Notes: a model not told the origin generated them from the letters alone. A DNA stretch of 40,930 nucleotides from Acutalibacteraceae bacterium (GCA_045649705.1 JAZRQI010000283.1:1-40930), one strand, 5' to 3'. Shown: positions 19,770 to 28,280, counted from the stretch's first letter. Numbers and translations: made by a program.

Positions 19770-21044
19770 TCAGCCCCCTATTACTTCAACACCACCGCAA
19801 GGACGGATAGAAAGAACATAACAGGATCTTTCACCGAATACTTTTTTCATTTCAGTAATATATTCATCGAGCAAATCATTAGGTACAAAAGCCTGCATTG
19901 TACCTGCAAATCCACCGCCGTGAACTCTCCATGCACCTTTGTCTGAAAGGAGTCTTTCAGCGATGCAAAGACCGATACTCAGAGGCTGGTCCTGAGGAGC
20001 GGACGAGGGGTAAACATTCTGGTTGTACATATATGATGAACGACCGCTTTCGATTACACCTTTTTTGAATGACTCAAAGTCACCATTCTGAAGTGATTCT
20101 GCTTCAAAATCAACTCTTGCATTATCTGCAAAGAAGTGCATCGCTCTGAGAACTGCTCTGTCCCCTGCTTTTTCGCGGACTTCTGCAATTTTCGAATTAA
20201 ATTCTGCAGGGCAAACTTCTCTGAGTACCTTTTTGCCGAAAACTGCAGCTGCAGATTCCATTTCTGAACGTACTGCGCCATATTCGGGAGTAAGGTCAGC
20301 GTGGCTACCGCCTGTGTTGACAATGCAGAGAGAATGTCCGCAGGATGCAAAATCAAAATCAAGCTTTGTAATAACAGGTTCTTTTGTATCTTTGAAATCA
20401 ATTTCAACAAATCCGCCTACAGATGATGCCATCTGGTCCATAAGACCGCAGGGTTTACCGAAATATTTATTTTCTGAGAACTGTGCAATCTGGGCGATTT
20501 CTACGGGAGAAATTTTGCCCTCATTGAACATATAGTTAAGGATTGTACCGATAAGCACTTCAAACGCAGCAGAACTTGAAAGTCCTGAGCCTGAAAGAAC
20601 TGAAGAAGTAGTATAAGCATCAAATGCGCCTACTTTGTATCCCCTTTCGATAAATCCTGCATACATACCTCTGATAAGTTCACGTGATGTACCGTAATCT
20701 TCTGAATGTACATTCATATCTGTAATATCAACTGTGTCCATATCGTAACCTACTGATTTAACACGTGTGATATTTCCTTCTTTTTTTGCACAAACTGCAA
20801 CTGCATCAAGGTTTACTGCTGCAGCAAGTACCTTTCCGTTATTGTGGTCAGTATGGTTACCACACACTTCTGTACGTCCGGGAGCACTGTAAAATGAAAG
20901 AGCATCATTCTTGCCGTATTCTTCTTCAAACATTGAAGCAAGGCTTACATATCTCTCCCTCTGTTCTGCTACTGCACTGTCAGTAACATATACTCTCTTG
21001 AGTTCTGCATCATATGCTCCTGAACTGATTTTTGATTTTAACAT
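19770..21044 (-). CDS. galK: galactokinase-family GHMP sugar kinase
   Basis: The GalK signature variant APGRTEVCGNHTDHNNG and the GHMP ATP motif SGSGLSSSAA are present. ATG 21044 has AAGGTGA RBS, while the track start 21053 is GTG. Sugar specificity is not certain. Confidence 0.78.
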   Translation of the reverse strand: MLKSKISSGAYDAELKRVYVTDSAVAEQRERYVSLASMFEEEYGKNDALSFYSAPGRTEVCGNHTDHNNGKVLAAAVNLDAVAVCAKKEGNITRVKSVGYDMDTVDITDMNVHSEDYGTSRELIRGMYAGFIERGYKVGAFDAYTTSSVLSGSGLSSSAAFEVLIGTILNYMFNEGKISPVEIAQIAQFSENKYFGKPCGLMDQMASSVGGFVEIDFKDTKEPVITKLDFDFASCGHSLCIVNTGGSHADLTPEYGAVRSEMESAAAVFGKKVLREVCPAEFNSKIAEVREKAGDRAVLRAMHFFADNARVDFEAESLQNGDFESFKKGVIESGRSSYMYNQNVYPSSAPQDQPLSIGLCIAERLLSDKGAWRVHGGGFAGTMQAFVPNDLLDEYITEMKKVFGERSCYVLSIRPCGGVEVIGG

Positions 21045-21771
21045 CTTCTTCACCTTTCCTTCTGATGAATAAAATTATTTTTCTTGTAATCAGCAACCCT
21101 GTTCCCGACAAAAAACTTGAAACCATAACGGGAATAATAAAGGATGCTGAAAAAGGATTGAACGCATTGCGTCCGATAATTGTATATGATATTATTTTCG
21201 GCAGATATCCTGAAACTGAAAGTAAAATAAATTTTTTAAAATCATATTTCATACCGCCATAAATATTACTTACTGTGTTAATTGGGAAAAGCGGAAATGT
21301 TCTGCACAAAAACAGCAACCAGGGATTCCCCTTGCCGTCACGTTCAAGAACATTCCATATTTCATCATAGCTTTTCAATATTCTGTAAGGTAGTGTTTTT
21401 TTGCTTCTCCCTATATAATACCTTATTGAAAAGATTATTACAAGTCCTAAAATGTTCAATATTATCGAAATCGGCAATTTAAACACCATTGCTGAAATCA
21501 TACATACACAGGACACAGGTATTACCGGCAGAGGCATTACGGATTTCAGGGTAAAAAGGAAGAAAATTGCCATAATTATTATCCATTTGTTTTCAAGTGC
21601 CGCTACACGAATTTCCAACTGCAAAAGATAACTTTCATATTCATCGTACCAAAGTTGTAGTTGTGGCAATTTGAAAACAGACAGTAATAACAACAGACAT
21701 ACTGAAAATGATATCAACAAAAAAGCTGACAATTTTATCAAATCAGGTTTTCTGAAAAATTTTTTCGTCAT
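21010..21771 (-). CDS. polytopic membrane protein, TVP38/TMEM64 (VTT/DedA-related)-like
   Basis: It has five to six hydrophobic spans, and its size and layout resemble VTT-domain proteins. The family call is by recollection only. The 3' end overlaps the kinase start by about 35 nt. Confidence 0.5.
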   Translation of the reverse strand: MTKKFFRKPDLIKLSAFLLISFSVCLLLLLSVFKLPQLQLWYDEYESYLLQLEIRVAALENKWIIIMAIFFLFTLKSVMPLPVIPVSCVCMISAMVFKLPISIILNILGLVIIFSIRYYIGRSKKTLPYRILKSYDEIWNVLERDGKGNPWLLFLCRTFPLFPINTVSNIYGGMKYDFKKFILLSVSGYLPKIISYTIIGRNAFNPFSASFIIPVMVSSFLSGTGLLITRKIILFIRRKGEEDVKIKNQFRSI

Positions 21772-21848
21772 AAATTCCGCCTAAATCTTGAATTAAATTA
21801 TTTTTACTTATATAATTATATGTAAATAATGAGAAAAAGAGGTCAATT

Positions 21849-22796
21849 ATGAAAATAATAATTTTAGACGGATACACCGTAAACCCCGGTGACCTTAGCT
21901 GGGACTGGCTTGGTGAATACGGAGAATACAAAGTTTATGACAGAACTGACAGCAGTGACATTCTCAGAAGATGCGAAGGTGCAGATATTGTTATCACAAA
22001 CAAAACACCGCTCGGTAAAGATATCCTCGAAAAACTGCCTGACATAAAATTTATAGATTTGTTAAGCACCGGCTACAATATCACAGACATTTATTATGCA
22101 CGTGAAAGAGGAATACCTGTTTCAAACGTACCTGCATATAGTACAAAATCAGTGGCACAGCTTACATTTGCTTTCATTCTGCAGTTTTCTTCACGCGTCG
22201 CAGAACATTCAGCGTCTACTAAAAACGGTGATTGGCAGAAATGCAAGCACTTTTGTTATATGGTGTCACCACTCAGTGAACTTGCAGGTAAAACTATAGG
22301 CATTGTAGGTTTCGGTTCAATCGGTAAGGAAGTTGCAAAAATTGCTGAGGCTTTCTCAATGAACATTCTTGTGAACACCAATCATCCCGGTGAAGACACA
22401 GAAAACCTTAAATTCTGTGACCTTGACACACTTCTTGAAAACTCAGATTTCGTGTCACTCCACTGCCCTCTTACTGAAAAAACAACATCAATTGCAAACA
22501 GTGATTTCTTCTCAAAGATGAAAAACACTGCTTACTTCATAAACACTTCACGCGGTGCAACTGTTGACGAAGATGCACTGGCAAACGCTCTCAAAAAGGG
22601 GGAAATTGCAGGTGCAGGTCTTGATGTTCTTCTGTCAGAGCCTCCTGTTAATGACAAAATAACAAGTCTTGAAAACACGCTTGTAACTCCACACATCGCA
22701 TGGGCAGCAAAAGAAACAAGAGCAAGGCTGATGGAAGTTACAAAAGAAAACATCAAAGCCTTTGTAAACGGCAATCCCATAAACGTAGTAAATTAA
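21849..22796 (+). CDS. D-2-hydroxyacid dehydrogenase (glycerate dehydrogenase-like)
   Basis: The NAD fold GIVGFGSIGKEVAKIA, the catalytic R..E..H triad context (NTSRG...TPHIAWA) and the MKIIILDGY N-terminus are typical of HprA-like enzymes. Confidence 0.88.
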   Translation: MKIIILDGYTVNPGDLSWDWLGEYGEYKVYDRTDSSDILRRCEGADIVITNKTPLGKDILEKLPDIKFIDLLSTGYNITDIYYARERGIPVSNVPAYSTKSVAQLTFAFILQFSSRVAEHSASTKNGDWQKCKHFCYMVSPLSELAGKTIGIVGFGSIGKEVAKIAEAFSMNILVNTNHPGEDTENLKFCDLDTLLENSDFVSLHCPLTEKTTSIANSDFFSKMKNTAYFINTSRGATVDEDALANALKKGEIAGAGLDVLLSEPPVNDKITSLENTLVTPHIAWAAKETRARLMEVTKENIKAFVNGNPINVVN

Positions 22797-22799
22797 AAT

Positions 22800-22845
22800 A
22801 AGGACTGTATCAAAGAATTATTTTGATACAGTCCTTTCCTTTTTA
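22800..22845. terminator. bidirectional terminator between convergent genes
   Basis: The 14-bp stem AGGACTGTATCAAA/TTTGATACAGTCCT has T-rich tracts on both strands. Confidence 0.85.
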
Positions 22846-22849
22846 TTGC

Positions 22850-24130
22850 TTATTTATAAAATCTTTCAAGATAATTTCTGTGAGCAACTTTCATTTCTTC
22901 GTAGCAAGCCTTTGCGTTCTCATAATCACCGATAAGAGGATGAACCATAAGTGCTTTCATTGCTGCTTCGTCGTCACCATTGAGAGCTGCTTCAACTGCA
23001 TATTTCTCGTATGCTTTTACAGACTGCATAAGACCCTGCATATGTCTGTTTGTCTTTTTCTTAACAGGAACGGGTGTTGCACCGTCTGCACCAATTACTG
23101 CGCTGATTTCAACAACGTCATCGTCTTCCATAAAAGGAAGTGTGCCGTCATTCTTGATGTTAACAACGTGAACATCTCTCTTATCGTTTGCAATAGAGTC
23201 AATAAGTGAAACTGCTGCAAGTGAATATTTGTGTCCGCCACGTTTGTCAAGAAGTGCAGGTTTGATGCAAAGTTCTTCGTCGCTGTACATTTTGAGCAAA
23301 TCTTCTTCGATTTCCATACAAGTCATAGCACGGCTCTTCTTGTCATTTTTAAGATGCTCAATTTTAGCATTTCTGTTGTAGTAATACTGAAGATAAGATG
23401 AGGGAATACCTTCAATTGCTTTGAGGCATTCAAGTGAGAATCCGTCGTCCTTGATGTTAGCCATAACTTTGGGTGAGAAACCTTCTTCGATAAGTTTGGG
23501 AAGAAGTTCTTCACCGTCTTTTACAATTGAAGTAATCCAGCTGAGGTGGTTAAGACCAACGTAAGTTACTTCACTGTCAAGACCTGTGATTTCTTTAACA
23601 TCATCAATCATATCGATGGGTACGTTGCAAAGACCGATTGCCTTAACCTTTGTGTAGTTAAGAAGGAATTCAGTAACGATACCTGAGGGATTTGTGAAGT
23701 TGATAAGCCATGCATCAGGACAGATTCTTTCCATACAGTCTGTGATTTTCTGAATTTCAGGAATAGTTCTGAGTGCTTTGAAGAAACCGCCGATACCTGT
23801 TGTTTCCTGACCGATAAGGCCGTATTTTACAGGGATAATTTCATCAAGATGTCTTGCAGGAAGTTTACCTACACGCATCTGTGTGAGAACAAAGTCAGCA
23901 TCCTGAAGTGCAACTTCAAGGTCATCTGTGAAAACTGTTTCACAATCAATACCTGCTTTTTTAAGCATACGGACACAGAGGTCGCCAACGATTGTGCGTT
24001 TTCTTTCGTCAATGTCCATAAATGACACTTTTTTAAGTTTAAGTGAATCCTGAGCTTTGATAAAGCCGTCAAGAAGTTCGGGACAATATGTACTGCCTGA
24101 GCCGATAACTGCAACGTTAATTTCTTTCAT
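22850..24130 (-). CDS. glycoside hydrolase family 4, 6-phospho-beta-glucosidase type (LicH/CelF/ChbF-like)
   Basis: The N-terminal NAD fold VAVIGSGSTYCPEL and the GH4 GLCNVPI motif with the metal-ligand Cys are present. The length of 426 aa fits. Confidence 0.88.
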   Translation of the reverse strand: MKEINVAVIGSGSTYCPELLDGFIKAQDSLKLKKVSFMDIDERKRTIVGDLCVRMLKKAGIDCETVFTDDLEVALQDADFVLTQMRVGKLPARHLDEIIPVKYGLIGQETTGIGGFFKALRTIPEIQKITDCMERICPDAWLINFTNPSGIVTEFLLNYTKVKAIGLCNVPIDMIDDVKEITGLDSEVTYVGLNHLSWITSIVKDGEELLPKLIEEGFSPKVMANIKDDGFSLECLKAIEGIPSSYLQYYYNRNAKIEHLKNDKKSRAMTCMEIEEDLLKMYSDEELCIKPALLDKRGGHKYSLAAVSLIDSIANDKRDVHVVNIKNDGTLPFMEDDDVVEISAVIGADGATPVPVKKKTNRHMQGLMQSVKAYEKYAVEAALNGDDEAAMKALMVHPLIGDYENAKACYEEMKVAHRNYLERFYK

Positions 24131-24143
24131 TTTGCACGTCTCC

Positions 24144-25085
24144 TTAGTTTTTATAATCCTGGAAAATCCAGTTTACACAGCCTGTAACAGGTGCCTGTGT
24201 GAGCTTGATATATTTAACTTTTTTGTCTGAACGCTCTGCAATTTTCTTTTTGAGACATTCAAGATATACTTCGTTGGGAAGTTTTGTGTGAATTGAACCC
24301 GAAAGAACAACTTCAACCTCACCGTCACCGAAGTTAAGAGAATTAAGGTGAGATACGATGTAATCTGCACCTCTGTCTGACATTTCATCAATTGCTCTGA
24401 GAACAGGTGCATCACCCATTTTTGAAGCAGCAAAGAAGAAGTCGATAAGGCTCATAATGAATCTGCCTCTTTCTTCACTTTCTGCCATAGCAAGTGTGCC
24501 GAGGAATTCTTCTTTTGTATTTACGCCGAACTCTTTCTTGAACATTTCTGTCATAGCAGTTTTTTCAAGACCGAGAACAACTTCGTCATAGATAAGTTTG
24601 AATGATTTGATTGCAACCCATGTGCCGTTGCCCTTATCGTCTGAGAACTCACTGAAACCGCCGAGCTGAACCATTTTACCGTCAAGGTCAATAGCATTAC
24701 AGCAAGTACCTGTACCGCAGTTATAACCGATTGCAGCTTTACCTGTTGCACCTGCTTTTACAACGATGAAACCGTCATTGAAGATTTCAAAGTTCTTAAG
24801 ACCTCTTTTTTCCATCTGTGCACACATTTCGTCGTGCTGATAAGGATGGTCGATACCTGCAAGACCCATAAGTGTGAATCCGATATCGTCAAGTGTAACA
24901 TTACCTGCTTCAAGCAATTTTGTAACGCCGTCCCAGATAATTGTTGCAGCTTCATCAAAACTGCCTTCAAGATTTTCGTGGTTACTGCCTTCAGTTTTCA
25001 CTTCAGCCACGATATTTTTTTCTTCGTCGAAAAGAGCGTAAGCGGTTTTTGTTCCGCCGCCGTCAACACCAATGTAAAATGCCAT
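24144..25085 (-). CDS. BadF/BadG/BcrA/BcrD-type ATPase (N-acetylglucosamine-kinase-like sugar kinase)
   Basis: The N-terminal phosphate-1 motif IGVDGGGTKT is followed by ASKHA-fold motifs. The gene is 313 aa and lies 13 nt upstream of the GH4 gene. Confidence 0.8.
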   Translation of the reverse strand: MAFYIGVDGGGTKTAYALFDEEKNIVAEVKTEGSNHENLEGSFDEAATIIWDGVTKLLEAGNVTLDDIGFTLMGLAGIDHPYQHDEMCAQMEKRGLKNFEIFNDGFIVVKAGATGKAAIGYNCGTGTCCNAIDLDGKMVQLGGFSEFSDDKGNGTWVAIKSFKLIYDEVVLGLEKTAMTEMFKKEFGVNTKEEFLGTLAMAESEERGRFIMSLIDFFFAASKMGDAPVLRAIDEMSDRGADYIVSHLNSLNFGDGEVEVVLSGSIHTKLPNEVYLECLKKKIAERSDKKVKYIKLTQAPVTGCVNWIFQDYKN

Positions 25086-25122
25086 AAAACATTCTCCTTA
25101 TTCTTCCAAATTTCAATTGGTT

Positions 25123-25161
25123 ATTATACCACTTTTTTTAATAACAGTCAATAAAATTGAC
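25123..25161 (-). promoter_or_regulatory. consensus sigma-A promoter (TTGACT-17-TATAAT) with overlapping perfect palindrome GTCAAT-N3-ATTGAC
   Basis: The minus strand reads GTCAATtttATTGACTgttattaaaaaaagtggTATAAT. It lies between the WYL regulator stop and the kinase start, and the palindrome covers the -35 box. Confidence 0.65.
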
Positions 25162-26160
25162 TTAATTATACAAATCTATTATCTCTTGTGCTTTTTCTTT
25201 GAGATGTTCTCTCAGTTCCTCAGGTTTTCTTACGTAAACTGAGTTTCTGTACTGCATCAGCCAGGAAATAAAGCCTTCGCTGATTGCAACCTGTGCTCTG
25301 AGGAAAAATCTTGTGCTGTCCTCATTTCTGATAGTCGCATTTTCACCGAACCTGTCAACTATATCTTCAAGCATCTCGTTTTTGCAGACAATTTCCACAT
25401 CACAGAGTTTACCTGAGAACATATTGAACATTTTGTTGGAGTAATCGGCAACATCAAACTCACCTTTATACTCCGAAACTTCCTCAAAAGAACGGACAGG
25501 AGTTTCTGTAATTTTCACTTTTCTCATTCTGTCAAGCCTTGTGTGCATAAGGTTATCATACTTCGGATTGTTACAGATAAGATAGTAATGGTCATTTGAC
25601 CAGACAAGAGCATACGGGTTTACGGTAAAATCACGGGAAGCCATAACAATCTTTTTACCTGCTTCGATTTTGTGTCTTATGTAGGTGAATGTTACCTGTT
25701 TTTTCTCCTCAATTGCCCTATTGAGAACGTCAATTGTATAGAAAATTTCTTCATTGAAAGTTTTGACTCTGTTTGAAATACTGAGTTGACTCTTGAGCAT
25801 TTCAAACTGTTCTTTACTTACAAGAGTCCCGATTTTTTCTATAAGTTCCTGAGTTTTCTTAGGTGTAATGAAATCAGCAGACTGCACTGCGTCAATTATC
25901 AGCCTTACCTCAGGCAACTGAAAGTTACGAGAGGCAAGGAAATAACCTGATTTAGGTGACTTGACTTTGATTATGTCATAGCCGTTTTCTACAAGCAGGG
26001 CTATATCGGCATATATTGATTTTCTTTCTGCCGTAATTCCCCTCTTTGAAAGTTCTTCAACAATTTCACTTGTTGATATAACATTGTTTTCGTCTGTCAG
26101 CGTTTCAAAAACATCTATCAGACTCAACAGTTTCTGTTTGGAACTTGATTTAACTGCCAA
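25162..26160 (-). CDS. WYL-domain transcriptional regulator (N-terminal wHTH, central WYL, C-terminal extension)
   Basis: The core YALVWSNDHYYLICNNPKYDNLMHTRLDRM is WYL-type. The N-terminus MAVKSSSKQKLLSLIDVF... with ELSKRGITAERKSIYADIALL is HTH-like. TTG start with AAGGGGGA RBS. Confidence 0.85.
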   Translation of the reverse strand: MAVKSSSKQKLLSLIDVFETLTDENNVISTSEIVEELSKRGITAERKSIYADIALLVENGYDIIKVKSPKSGYFLASRNFQLPEVRLIIDAVQSADFITPKKTQELIEKIGTLVSKEQFEMLKSQLSISNRVKTFNEEIFYTIDVLNRAIEEKKQVTFTYIRHKIEAGKKIVMASRDFTVNPYALVWSNDHYYLICNNPKYDNLMHTRLDRMRKVKITETPVRSFEEVSEYKGEFDVADYSNKMFNMFSGKLCDVEIVCKNEMLEDIVDRFGENATIRNEDSTRFFLRAQVAISEGFISWLMQYRNSVYVRKPEELREHLKEKAQEIIDLYN

Positions 26161-26178
26161 GGGTTTTCCCCCTTTATT

Positions 26179-27936
26179 TTATCTTACAAGAATTGAGAAC
26201 AATCTTTTATTGATTTTAATAATTGCTTCGTTATCAATCTTCATAATGTCACGGTCATAAGTCATAATACCGTTGGTTTCGTTTTCAACGTCACTGAGCT
26301 GAGTATAAACCACAGCACTGAGACCCTTGCTGACAAGCGGAATAATCTGTCTGTTAAACAGTTTTTCGTATGCTTTTGTAAGAGATTTCTTATCTTTATA
26401 CATCAGATAGCCGAATGCCTTATTCTCATTCATTGTATGACCGGGAACAATACGTGAATAACCGCCGAATTCAGACAGAACAAAAGCTCTGTTATCAGAT
26501 CTGCCCTTTGTTACGGGGACAACGTATCTATGCATACTTCTCAGATCGCCGCCCTTCTGGTCAAACCAACCACTTGCATGGTCAACAACACGTGAGGGAT
26601 CAAGCTGTTTTACTTTCTCTGCAATTCTCTTTGCATCGAACTGTCCCCAACCCTCGTTGAAAGGAACCCAACAACCGATTGAAACACAGTTATGGAGTGT
26701 TGCCATCATCTGTTCAAGTTCATCTTCAAACTGGTCACGCCAAGCTTTTTCATCACGGTGGAAGAGTGAATAAGCATCGTCTTTAACAGATATCTGGAAG
26801 AACGGCACTGCACCAACAAGGAAGTTACCCGGATGCTTGGCACCGCTTACCATATCCTGCCATACAATCATACCGATTTTATCGCAATGGTAATACCAGC
26901 GTAAAGGCTCAACCTTAATGTGTTTTCTGAGCATATTGAAGCCCAATGATTTCATAACTTTGATATCGAAAATCATTGCCTCATCCGTAGGTGCTGTCAT
27001 AACACCGTCAGGCCAGTACCCCTGATCAAGAAGACCAATCTGGAAATAAGGCTTGTTATTGAGGAAGAGTCTAGGAATACCATTTTCATCTTTCTCCATT
27101 GAGAACTTTCTCATACCGAAATAGCTTACAACTGTATCAACAAGCAAATCTTTATAGTAAAGTTCAAACATTACGTTGTAAAGGTTGGGTTTTTCGGGAC
27201 TCCAGAGTTTAAAACGGGTCATGGGAATTACGTCAACGCAACCGATACCTGATGAGAAAATAACTTCTTCATCTTCGTCAAACACAGTTGCTACGATTTT
27301 GTAGTCAGATTCTGCTGTTGTTTCAATGTCAACGTGAACACAGTATTCGTCGATGTCAGGTGTAAGTTTAACATTTGTGATATACTTTTCATCAACGGCT
27401 TCAAGCCACACTGTCTGCCAGATACCTGTTGTGGGTGTGTACCAGAAACCAACCTGCTTGATTGCCTGTTTACCTCTCTGCTGCCAGCCTTTATCGGTGG
27501 GATCAAAAACAGAAACATGGAGTTCGTTTTCACCGTCAACAAGGTAATCGGTAATATCAAAACTGAAAGGACAGTATCCGCCTGTGTGACCGCCTACAAA
27601 CTGACCGTTTACATAAACTCTGCATTCCCAGTCAACTGCACCGAAATGAAGAATAACGTGTTTTGAATCGTACTCCTCACCCAATGTAAATGTTTTGTGA
27701 TACCAAAGGATATCCATAGGGTCGAGTCTTTTTTCAACACCTGAGAGAGGCGCTTCAATTGCAAAAGGCACAGTGATTTTACCCTCGTATTCAGTGGGAA
27801 TCACTTCCATTGAATCGCTGATTGCATAATCAAACTGACCGTTAAGGTTAGTCCATATATTTCTCCTGAGTTGAGGTCTCGGATATTCCTGAAGAGGTGC
27901 TTCCTTGTCCACTTCTTTAGTCCATCTTGTTTCCAT
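26179..27936 (-). CDS. glycoside hydrolase family 2 enzyme (specificity unresolved)
   Basis: The GH2 sugar-binding N-domain (HFGAVDWECRVYVNGQFVGGHTGGYCPFSFDIT) and the TIM barrel with acid/base NEGWGQ are present. It has no signal peptide. Confidence 0.88.
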   Translation of the reverse strand: METRWTKEVDKEAPLQEYPRPQLRRNIWTNLNGQFDYAISDSMEVIPTEYEGKITVPFAIEAPLSGVEKRLDPMDILWYHKTFTLGEEYDSKHVILHFGAVDWECRVYVNGQFVGGHTGGYCPFSFDITDYLVDGENELHVSVFDPTDKGWQQRGKQAIKQVGFWYTPTTGIWQTVWLEAVDEKYITNVKLTPDIDEYCVHVDIETTAESDYKIVATVFDEDEEVIFSSGIGCVDVIPMTRFKLWSPEKPNLYNVMFELYYKDLLVDTVVSYFGMRKFSMEKDENGIPRLFLNNKPYFQIGLLDQGYWPDGVMTAPTDEAMIFDIKVMKSLGFNMLRKHIKVEPLRWYYHCDKIGMIVWQDMVSGAKHPGNFLVGAVPFFQISVKDDAYSLFHRDEKAWRDQFEDELEQMMATLHNCVSIGCWVPFNEGWGQFDAKRIAEKVKQLDPSRVVDHASGWFDQKGGDLRSMHRYVVPVTKGRSDNRAFVLSEFGGYSRIVPGHTMNENKAFGYLMYKDKKSLTKAYEKLFNRQIIPLVSKGLSAVVYTQLSDVENETNGIMTYDRDIMKIDNEAIIKINKRLFSILVR

Positions 27937-27963
27937 AAAAACGCTCCTTTTTCAAAAAAGATA

Positions 27964-27992
27964 TTGATAAAAGTAAAATTTTCTGATATAAT
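27964..27992 (+). promoter_or_regulatory. sigma-A promoter of tRNA-Leu (TTGATA-17-TGaTATAAT)
   Basis: TTGATA lies at 27964-27969 and the extended -10 TGATATAAT at 27984-27992. The tRNA 5' end is 12 nt downstream. Confidence 0.75.
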
Positions 27993-28004
27993 ATGTGTCA
28001 CTAT

Positions 28005-28089
28005 GCGGATATGGCGGAATTGGCAGACGCGCCAGATTTAGGATCTGGTGGTAAACCCCGTGCAGGTTCGACCCCTGTTATCCGCACCA
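28005..28089 (+). tRNA. tRNA-Leu, anticodon TAG (reads CUN/CUA), CCA encoded
   Basis: I folded it by hand. The acceptor pairs GCGGATA/TATCCGC. The D arm is GCGGAATTGGCAGACGC. The anticodon stem CCAGA/TCTGG has loop TTTAGGA. A long class-II variable arm and the T arm GCAGG-TTCGACC-CCTGT are present, followed by ACCA. Confidence 0.95.
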
Positions 28090-28125
28090 AAAATCCAAGT
28101 TGCAAAACTTGGATTTTTACTTTTT
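28089..28125. terminator. terminator hairpin after tRNA-Leu, usable from both strands
   Basis: The stem is AAAAATCCAAGTT-GCAA-AACTTGGATTTTT. A T-run follows on the plus strand and TTTTTGG on the minus strand. Confidence 0.75.
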
Positions 28126-28159
28126 CACTATTACTTCTTCATTATTCACTAAAAGCGAA

Positions 28160-28207
28160 TTACTTGTATTTAATTATACACTTTTCAAAACCTAATTGCA
28201 ATATATT
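28160..28207 (-). repeat. copy A of a duplicated promoter element (orphan TTGCAA-17-TATAAT on the minus strand)
   Basis: It matches 29321-29368 at 41 of 48 positions by hand alignment, and weaker similarity continues on both sides. No intact gene lies downstream. Confidence 0.7.
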
Positions 28208-28245
28208 ATTTGTTAATAATGTTAAAAATTGCAACAAAACGCAGA

Positions 28246-28280
28246 AACAACAGGCCGTATAAAAAGACCTGTTGTTTTTT
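28246..28280. terminator. hairpin plus T-run, probable end of the two-gene islet transcript (also terminator-like on the plus strand)
   Basis: The stem AACAACAGG/CCTGTTGTT has a 13-nt loop. It is followed by TTTTTTG on plus and TCTGCGTTTTG on minus. Confidence 0.45.

Noticed and set aside
21010-21044. 35-nt overlap between the membrane-protein gene and the kinase gene as a sign of frameshift or pseudogenisation
   Set aside because: Both reading frames are intact and full-length with good motifs. The kinase ATG has a proper AAGGTGA RBS located inside the upstream gene. This is a plain gene overlap.
25162-26160. WYL regulator as a flag for a hidden phage-defence system (BrxR/CapW-like logic)
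   Set aside because: I checked both flanks. There are only GH2, sugar kinase, GH4 and a dehydrogenase, with no nuclease, ATPase-helicase, methyltransferase, cyclase or other defence-type genes. I kept it as a metabolic-regulator hypothesis instead.
27993-28262. 89-aa plus-strand ORF in the track (MCHYADMAELADAPDLGSGG...)
   Set aside because: It is a read-through translation of tRNA-Leu, its terminator and the AT-rich spacer. It has no RBS. The tRNA fold fully explains the region.
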